The notes beneath the pieces are model-generated. The model worked only from the letters and a program-made list of their open reading frames with translations, had not been told where the DNA came from and ran no database searches. From Macrostomum lignano (lineage: Eukaryota), in contig NIVC01000875.1 of NCBI GenBank assembly GCA_002269645.1, positions 1 to 64,000 of the forward strand: DNA of 64,000 bases. The letters are read 5' to 3'. Position numbers and translations under genes: made by a program. Numbering within the stretch: position 1 is the first letter of the stretch; the number at the start of each line of letters is the position of its first letter. Positions 12,946 through 21,556 of this stretch are shown one piece after another.

Positions 12946-13612
12946 TTATACGACTGAATTCTCCATTTGTTGCAATAGCCAACGAGTCTCTGCTTTTAAA
13001 TAAGTTATCTCTTCTTTCATTCCAATGTCAGTCTGTCTGTGAGAGCAAGAGAGCACCGATGTTCTTCTGCCAACTCTGAGCTGCCGGTTGCCCCTTTTAC
13101 CAGCCGCCGCCCCCGCGTCCGCCCCGCGATTGAAGCCGCCGCCCCCGCCGTATCCGCCCCTGCCGCCGAAGCTGTTATTGTAGCCACCAATGCGGCCAGG
13201 CGGGCCCGAGTAGCCCCTGGCAAAGCCGCGACCTCCGCCTCGGCCGCCGCGGAAGTTGCCATGGTGATGGTTACGGGGCACGTGCCCGAAAGTCTCCGTG
13301 TTGAGCTTGCGCTCCTCTCGCCAATTCGGCCTGCCACCTCCGCTGCCTCCGCCGCTGCCCCTGTCCACAGCCTCCGAGCTGATGTTGTCGAAGAACGACT
13401 TGGACTTGTTGTAGCCGCCAGCCTCGTCGCCTTCATTCGACGCGGCGTCGCCGGCTGCGTTGCCGCCGCCGCTGTCGTTGCCGCCGTCCTCGCCGGCGTC
13501 GGAATCGGCGCCAGACACGGAGATTTTCTGCAACTCCTTAGCCAGGTCTTCGTTCGCCGATTCGAAATCGTAGTCGCCTTCGAACTTCACGCCGCTGCCT
13601 GAGCGGGGCGGC

Positions 13613-13643
<31 letters not shown>

Positions 13644-15240
13644 CAAAGCTCTGCGGAGGCATCGGCCGTCCGATTCCGCCGCCGTGGCCGCCGCGATAGC
13701 CGATGGGCCGACGGAAGCCGCCGCCTATTGGCATCGGGCCGCCGCCACCGCGGAAGCCACCGCCTCCACCGCCGCGGAAGCCTCCGCCACCGCCGCCGCC
13801 GCCACGGAAGCCACCGCCGCCACGGAAGCCACTGCCGCCGCCGTCACGGAAGCCACCGCCGCCGCCGTCACGGAAGCCACCGCCGCTGCCGCCGTCACGG
13901 AAGCCGCCACCGCCTCCGCGGCCTCGACGAAACTCGACTGAGCCCATCAAATGCTGCTGCTGCTGCTGCTGGTGCTGATTCTGGTAGCGAGTTGGGCCAG
14001 TGTCAGGCCGGCGATTCTCAAAGTTGCCACCGCCGCTGTATTCGCCGCGCTGATGCTGCTGAGGCTGGCGTTGCTGCTGCTGCTGCTGCTGCTGGTCCTG
14101 ACGTCCCCGCTGATGTCCACCTGGTGGCGCACTTGATGGCTGCTGCTGCTGGTGCTGCTGCTGGTGCATCATCTGCTGATTGTTCATTGGCGGAGGCGGG
14201 CCTTGGTTAGACCGGGCATTTTGCTGCTGCTGCTGGCGGGGCATCGGCTGCGGAGGCGGCGGTTGGCTTACAATGCTAGCCATTGACGGTGGCGGCAGCT
14301 GCGGTGGACCGCCCGAGCTGCCGAACTGCTCGAAATCAGATTTATAAAAATAGGTTGCTTTAGTTCGAAGATGGAATTTGGAACTTTAGAAATTCAAAGT
14401 TTGTTGAAGAGTTTTAGCAATTAGCCCAAGGGAACATTGGGGCCGGACTATTCGAGGATATCATGGGGCTTTAAGACTTAACAATATTTATTTAGAAACT
14501 TTGGAGAGCTTTGTTGTAAGCTTGGTGATATTGCGATTGCGATATAAGCTTGGGGATTAAATTAAGGATTTTGGGGAGCTGAGGTATCAGCTTGGGGACA
14601 TGGGGAGCTGGGGGATTGACTTGGGGATATTGGGGACCTGGGGGATTAACTTAGAATTTGTTTAAAGTGGTTTAGCTCCTCAGCGACAACTCACCATTTT
14701 GCTGATGCCTAACGGTCCACCCGAGCCCATAGGCGGCTGCGACATTGGGGGCGGCCTTCGGGCCGATGCCATCGGTCCAGCAGCATTGGAGAACTGCTGC
14801 TGCTGCTGCTGATGCTGATGCTGAGGCGGCAGCGGCGGCGGAGGCATGGAAGTCTGCGGTGGCACACCCGGGGAGGTGACATTCGGCGGCTGTGTGGGCA
14901 TCCGCGGGTAGCCGGGCGGCGGCGGTGGCGTGCTGGGCTTGGTGTCAATTTTCACAATTGCCGGGTCCTGCTGCACCAGACCGCCGCTGGGCTTGGGCGG
15001 CTCGCACACGTGCAAGTCGCTGATGTCGCTGCCACGAAAGATGATGTACTCGTACACCTCGTCCCGGGGCGGCACCGGCCTATCGCACGGCCGGTCCTCG
15101 GTGCCAAATGACTTCACTTTCGACAGGGCCACAGTGGACTCCACCGTGTCGATGGTGTACAGGGTACCCTCGTATCGGATTGCCGCCTTGGAGATTAGGC
15201 TAATCCGGCTGCCCAGGTAAGGCATGGCTCCCTGAGACAT
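12946..15240 (-). CDS. LSM14: LSM14/RAP55/Trailer hitch P-body protein; exons 15240-14695 and ~14325(14328)-12946; 3' end uncertain
   Basis: N-terminal Lsm14 domain ([24 protein letters not shown]...VKSFGTEDR...[14 protein letters not shown]), DFDF-like box ([12 protein letters not shown]), FFD box ([12 protein letters not shown]), TFG box ([11 protein letters not shown]) and RGG repeats. Donor ATG|GTGAGT at 14695/14694. Confidence 0.92.
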
Positions 15241-15399
15241 CTTTGCGTTAATTTGATTATCTACACCACAAGATAATAACCCCTAAATAATTGACGGTCA
15301 AAGAAATTGTCCCTGGTCCTCGACAATGCCTGTCTCAGCAGGCCTGGCCAACTGGCATGAATAAGTAAATGTTAATAGCGAAAATAAATAAATAGCAAG

Positions 15400-15935
15400 C
15401 TAGAATGGTATTAGACTGGAGCTAGAATGGCACTAGACTGGAGCTAGAATGGCACTAGACTGGAGCTAGAATGGCACTAGACTGGAGCTAGAATGGCACT
15501 AGACTGGAGCTAGAATGGCACTAGACTGGAGCTAGAATGGCATTAGACTAGAGCTAGAATGGCACTGGACTGGAGCTAGAATGGCACTAGACTGGAGCTA
15601 GAATGGCATTAGACTAGAGCTAGAATGGCACTGGACTGTAGCTAGAAAAACACTAGGCTGGAGCTAGAATGGCACTGGACTGTAGCTAGAAAAACACTAG
15701 GCTGGAGCTAGAATGGCACTGGACTGTAGCTAGAAAAACACTAGGCTGGAGCCTGGAGCTAGAATTGCACTGGACTGTAGCTAGAAAAACACTAGGCTGG
15801 AGCTAGAATTGCACTGGACTGTAGCTAGAACAACACTAGGCTGGAGCTAGAATTGCACTGGACTGTAGCTAGAAAAACACTAGGCTGGAGCTAGAATGGC
15901 ACTGGACTGTAGCTAGAAAAACACTAGGCTGGAGC
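15400..15935. repeat. Minisatellite, ~22-bp unit GGAGCTAGAATGGCACTAGACT with a two-variant higher-order pattern
   Basis: Direct inspection. Confidence 0.95.
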
Positions 15936-16029
15936 AATTAAATTGGCTATTAAGTTTCTTGCAGCGCACAGGCTGATAAAAAGGCACTGAAGGCACTATA
16001 CACTAAAAAGGCCATTTAAAACAGTTTTT

Positions 16030-16205
16030 CGAATATTTAGTCCCTTTAGCAATGAGCTAGAGCTTAATAAAAATGCATGTACCATCCTGGGCACATTTGA
16101 CATCTTTTGGTGAAGAAATGGCAAAAATCGGTTAAGCCGTTCTGGAGATAATTGATTGCCCATATACAAGCAAGCAAGATTTTCATTTTTAGTATATTAG
16201 AAGAA
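16030..16205 (+). mobile_element. Possible 3' remnant of a non-autonomous Helitron/Helentron-like (HINE/DINE-like) element
   Basis: Motif caaaaatcggttaagccgttctggaga, then a short caag microsatellite and ttttagtatattag, resembles the typical 3' ends of such elements. Pattern recognition only. Confidence 0.35.
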
Positions 16206-17891
16206 GTTCCTATACAATATAGGTAGGTAGGTATATAGTCTTAATTTTTAGTATATTGGATTAGATAAACAAAAACAATATAACAGATTTCAATAGCTGT
16301 AAGGACCCCAATATTACTATATTCCTACAGTTCTTGTAACCATTTTTGACAAAAAGTATAGGAAATAAATTAATTTGAATCGGTAAGATAACCTAAAACT
16401 TAAGACTGTAAATTAAGGTATAAACTTAAATAAATACTTGATTGCCCTTGTAAAATTTCATTTCTATTTATCTTACAAAGAGTAACAATACTAAATCACT
16501 ACTTAAAGTATTACTACTAAACTTTTTACATTAATGTAAGTTAGAATTTAGTATTGTTTTATTGACTTTATTAGGTATAATTTATAAGTTTTTAAATCTA
16601 TGATACAGTTTACCTAAGTATCTTTGTTTTACTCTACTTGTTTTTATTTTTTATTCATAACTATGGCTATAAGATCAACAGAATGTGACTGCAATTACTA
16701 TAAATCTGCAGTTATAGCCATAAGAGCAGCTATTTACTATGTAGCTGCCATAGGCACTTATTTTACCATATTTGCTATAGGATCCCATTGCTATAACTGT
16801 AACTATAGCAAAACTATTTTGCAAGTTTACTTTTAGTCTAAGTTTAAATTGTAGTTGATATATAAATATATATTTAAAAATGTTTAAAAAATTATAAATA
16901 CAACTTGCAAGATAAATAATAAAGCTAAAACAAAAAATGATGAAATTTATATACTTCATTTTCTTAAAAATTGCAAATAATAAAATCCATTCATAAGATT
17001 TGCAACCCAGTCAGATAAAATAATTGCAAATTGCAATCTAGTCTTATAGCAACTATAAGCAACTGATATTTTTATAACTAAATGGTACATATAATATAGA
17101 CTTTTAAATATGGTAAGGGTTGGACAAAATCTGAATCTTGATTGTCAAGTTCTTGGCATTTTTAAAAATCTCAATCTTGGTTTCAAAATCTCAAAAAAGT
17201 CAATATTTGCAATTGACTATTTGTAATCATGATATTGTGGTTATACCAATCTTCCAATATGTTTCCTAATATTATTTCAAATTTGAATCAGTGTTGCAAT
17301 ATAATGCCATGGTAGAAAATGATATCTATGGCCAAAAATGATAGGAAATAATATTCGAAAATCTTCTAGCCTTTAGCTCTAATCTACTGCTCTATCTATT
17401 ACCCTATCTATTGCTTTATTTATCTATTTACCATTCTAGCCATTGCTCTATTTACTTATCTATAAAGTGCTATACCTAGTGCTTAGAGGTAAAGGTACTA
17501 TGTTGTGGCAGCAATTCAAACTTGAAAATAAAATCACAAAACAAACAGGAAACTTGCTAATTTTATCATACTTATATTTGATTTATATCAAGTTATTAAC
17601 AAGCTCAATATCAATGAATCATTGTTTTTCATTATCATTGCATTTACAAATAATATTATTAATATTTAAAAAATAATAGTGTAAATAGGCCTACTAGATG
17701 CAAATTAGGCTTAATCTAAAACCTCAATGATCTTCAAGTGTAGATCTTATGTCTAAAAAACTTTAAAAAATTGATATTGTTTAACCCTTAAAATATAGCA
17801 TACTAATATATTCTAATAAAAAAATTGCAAGGCTATTTATTTGCTGTCTTTGGATATGAGAAATAAATAAATAAATTAGTAATGAACACAA

Positions 17892-18135
17892 AGTTTATTT
17901 AGACTATATTAGACCTTCTTTAATGATTTAAAATATAATTCTAATAGGGTAAGGGTTCTATTAGAATTTCCCATAGACAAATGGGTGCCCTTGAATTTAG
18001 TAATCGAAATTTAGTAACCGTGAATTTAGTACCGCTTGAATTTAGTACCGCTCGAATTTAGTACCGCTTGATTGAATTTAGTACCGCTTGAATTTAGTAC
18101 CGCTTGAATTTAGTAATGCCTGAATTTAGTAACGC
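17892..18135. repeat. Left direct repeat (A1): palindrome plus 17-bp GAATTTAGTACCGCTT(G) iterations
   Basis: Near-identical to 20295-20555. Confidence 0.92.
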
Positions 18136-18541
18136 AACAAATTGTGCAGCTGAGATATTCCTTATGTATTTGTATAATATGAAGGAAAGGAAGTGAATAT
18201 GAAGTGAAGGAAAGTTCTATTGTTCTGCAACTTCACTATATATATATTACTATTCATTGTAATATTATGACTTGTATTATTAACATTGCCCGAAATATTT
18301 GTTCATGGCAATGACCTCCGGACAATGACCGGCCATTTTCTGGAGGTAAAAAAACAAGACTGGACAACAATACCATAGGCGAAAAAAGTAACACGAAGCG
18401 TGAAATTCTTATATTTATTGAAGTCCAACAAAAATGTTCCAACAATAACACTGCTTAGTCAATTGAGTGCAAGTCTAACCTATGGTCATGTTCTCATCAC
18501 GACAGCAGGAGAAAGTCCAGAAAATACGACGGTTGAGTCCA

Positions 18542-19998
18542 TTACTCAAATTTGCAACCATTGAATGAACAGTTGTGGAAACTGTACCTGACCGACGGAT
18601 TGTCATGACTGATGCCGGTGATCTGCACGGAAGACGACACAGGTACTGGCACCGGTGAACTCTCACGCAATGGAGTCGCAACAGCTTGTGAAGAACCATT
18701 CAAATCAAGTGCCATAGAAACAGCCTCACTGGTAGACTGCAGCGAGCGATCACGGCGCTTGGACAGGTAACGGCGAGTTGTCCTCTCAGAAACCTGACCG
18801 GTTATCGACATGATGTCAGCCAGGTTGTACCCAGCAGCCTCTAGATCAGCAATCCTGCTCACTCTACAACAGAAATAAAGTATTGCATAGAAAATATGCA
18901 ACTGGTTTAAAGCAATATGAAGAAAAAGGCTTACCGAATGCAATGATTCGTGTACATCTTGGACAAACCGGCCTTCTCGCTCAAGTTTCGCATGAAACGC
19001 AGGAAGTAGTTCTCCCCGCGATTCTGCTTTGTTGAGAACATAGGCTGTCCATTGGAATCCGTGTTGGATAGTGGACGCGGGAACAGATGGTTGTCCTTGG
19101 TTGTTGGAGGTAGCAGTTGTAGATATCTCCTCACTTTGGCCGTGTCGTAGATCCGAGCTTGTTTGTTGTCCGGCCTGGCCTTCGCCTTCACAGGATCGGC
19201 TGACTTATTCTTCGTTGGCAGAGCAGGAAGACAGTAGTACTCCTTGCCGTCAGAATCCGTGTGCAATTCAAGCGAGTCCCTTTGTCTCAGGAACTTCAGA
19301 TGCTCCTGGCCACGCTCTCCAAAGGAGTAAAGAACATAGAACAGAAATTTAGCCTGCTCGATTTCAGCCGTAGTCCCTTCAAAGTAGCACCGCAACTTCT
19401 GCATGTCGCCTTCTTCAATTGGTTCATACTGCCTGGTGCAGCCACCATCTCGATGGAAATCACGAACCTTGACACGCAGCATCTCGTTGCAGGAATTGAA
19501 TTCCTCACCACCGATTATATCGACAGGCAGCTTCAGAACCATGCGTAGGAAACGCTGAATTCCAGCCCGGATACAGATGAGAGAGGCCGGCGAGTAGAAC
19601 GAGCCATTCTGTTTCTTCAGCTTGAAGTAGAAGTACCGAAGATATTGGTTCAATGTAGGATTGTTGACATGCTGAATGTTGCGCAGATTCTCCCCTTCCA
19701 GGAAGTCTCGAAAACGTTGGCCATGCTGGTACATCTGCTTCCGAGTATCCTCAGGCAGACTCTGGATCTCGATTCTGTCCATCTCGGAAACGTCTATCTT
19801 TTCATCTCCATCGATCATTGGCAGCCCAGTATCAGCTGGACCATTTTGGACATACTTTAGGAACGCATCGAAATCTTCGTCGTGCCGATCAACGGCAGAG
19901 GATTCCGAGAGGAAGTTCAGTTCATCCTGCGTGATGTTGCCGAGGTCCTCACACGGGAGGTTACCCCAATTAATATAATGTATTATCGGGTCGCTCAT
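18542..19998 (-). CDS. Tyrosine recombinase, Crypton/DUF3504-like; exons 19998-18935 and 18863-18542 (461 aa), 71-nt intron
   Basis: Motifs YFYFKLKKQNGSFYSPASLICIRAGIQRFL, FGERGQEH (catalytic R), TKN, YTNHCIR (HxxR) and, after splicing, ITGQVSERTTRRY (catalytic Y). Intron CG|GTAAG...TGTAG|A keeps the frame. Confidence 0.88.
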
Positions 19999-20294
19999 GA
20001 TGGACAGAAAACTCTTGAATCAACAGGTTTGGACAGACTACTTACTGCCTGGGAATCCCTCACACAAACCCCTTCACCCCCACTGAAAGTTTTGCCATAG
20101 ACATTTCAACCCTCCATTCAATCAATAGGATTGTCATTGCCATGAACTCTCCACGCCTTTTGGCTTTCGTGCCATAGACGTTTGTGCCTCCTCCTTCTGG
20201 GCCACTTCGATTCGTGCCATAGATATTTCCTGCAATGAAGTTAACTGGAAGAGAGAACTCCAGGCAACGGCCAAAGCCACGAGCGGCGCTAGCT

Positions 20295-20555
20295 AGTTTA
20301 TTTAGACTATATTAGACCTTCTTTAATGATTTAAAATATAATTCTAATAGGGTTCTATTAGAATTTCCCATAGACAAATGGGTGCCCTTGAATTTAGTAA
20401 TCGAAATTTAGTAACCGTGAATTTACTACCGCTTGAATTTAGTACCGCTCGAATTTAGTACCGCTCGAATTTAGTACCGCTTGATTGAATTTAGTACCGC
20501 TTGAATTTAGTACCGCTTGAATTTAGTACCGCTTGAATTTAGTACCGCTTGAATT
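20295..20555. repeat. Right direct repeat (A2)
   Basis: Near-identical to 17892-18135; lacks 6 bp in the palindrome spacer and differs in iteration number. Confidence 0.92.
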
Positions 20556-20825
20556 TTGAAATTTGAAAGCAAAGAAAATTAAGCAAATGTAGGTCCCATA
20601 TATTGAAATTAAAAATTTGAAGTAATTAATGAAGGGAAAAATTAGATTCTATAGTTTTAAGTCATTAACTTAGATAATCCAATGTATCATATTTAATCAG
20701 TTTTAGGATGTCTTGGTACACATGCACATACATGTGCAACAGTTGGCCAAGTCGGCCAATTTGGCCAACCAAGGAAGTGGCAAAAATGCCCACCCAAAAA
20801 AATACCCTAAGTAATAGTACTAAGT

Positions 20826-20892
20826 AGCATTTTGACTTAATAAGACAGTCATAGTTACTCCAGCTGTTTCCCAAAGTTGCGTTAATTTTGCC
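20826..20892 (-). other. Degenerate 28S rRNA-like segment (second, more diverged copy)
   Basis: Reverse complement reads GGGAAACAGCTGGAGTAACTATGACTGTCTTATTAAGTCAAAATGC. Confidence 0.6.
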
Positions 20893-21437
20893 TCAGGTTT
20901 TTTATATGTAAATCACATTCTTGGCCACAAACTACATTGCATTTTTGTTAAAACTAAGTTGCATGGCTGACCAAATTTTGGAGGTTGCGCATGTATATTG
21001 GTGCATATATCTGAGGTATTTAGAAATTAAAATATATTGATAAAAACACTTTTAAACAAGTTAAACATATTAACAGTTTTCTGCATCAATTAAAATCTTT
21101 TGAACTATGCAAGAATGTATTTTAAATATTTTAATGCTCTTTTTTAAGTTCATTGGTATATTCTTTTGGAGCATATCAATTAATCTTCTATATTATTATT
21201 CTCATTTGTTACCAAAGTGGCTATTATAGAAATGGCTGTTACTGAAGTGGTTGTTACTAAACTGGACTTTTACCAAAAATATTGATTTTTTTCCAATAAT
21301 GAATAAGCTTTGCATGCTTGTTATATCCCCCTATTGCAGCACATGGCTTAAGTACGCCAGACGCCTACACAACCTGCGCCACGCTGTGAAATGACTTACC
21401 TGTGAAAGAAACCCTAAAGCAAAATTAATGCAGTTTT

Positions 21438-21501
21438 GGGTAAACGGCAGGAGTAACTATGACTGTCTTATCAAGCCTAAATGCCTCGGCATCTAATTAG
21501 T
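21438..21501 (+). other. Degenerate 28S rRNA-like segment (helices 69-71; R2/I-PpoI target region); not a functional rRNA gene
   Basis: GGGTAAACGGCAGGAGTAACTATGACTGTCTTATCAAGCCTAAATGCCTCGGCATCTAATTAGT versus the conserved eukaryotic GGGTAAACGGCGGGAGTAACTATGACTCTCTTAAGGTAGCCAAATGCCTCGTCATCTAATTAGT. Confidence 0.8.
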
Positions 21502-21556
21502 ACTATGCCCATATTCTATGGGGTGGCATTTTTGCAACTTACCCCTGGTCCACCAC

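Larger units (their letters stand above)
17892..20555 (-). mobile_element. Crypton-type tyrosine-recombinase element flanked by long direct repeats
   Basis: YR gene between two ~240-260 bp direct repeats (period 2403 bp); 15-bp inverted repeat at 18301-18315 and 20133-20147. Confidence 0.75.

Noticed and set aside
13039-14210. Ala/Pro-rich plus-strand ORFs
   Set aside because: They are antisense shadows of the GC-rich LSM14 exon.
21394-21404. U1 snRNA 5' end (ACTTACCTG)
   Set aside because: No U1 stem-loops or Sm site follow; it is simply a reverse-strand splice-donor-like motif.
21438-21501. Functional rRNA gene
   Set aside because: Only ~64 bp match, the H69 stem changes are non-compensatory and there is no flanking rDNA; it is reported as a mimic instead.
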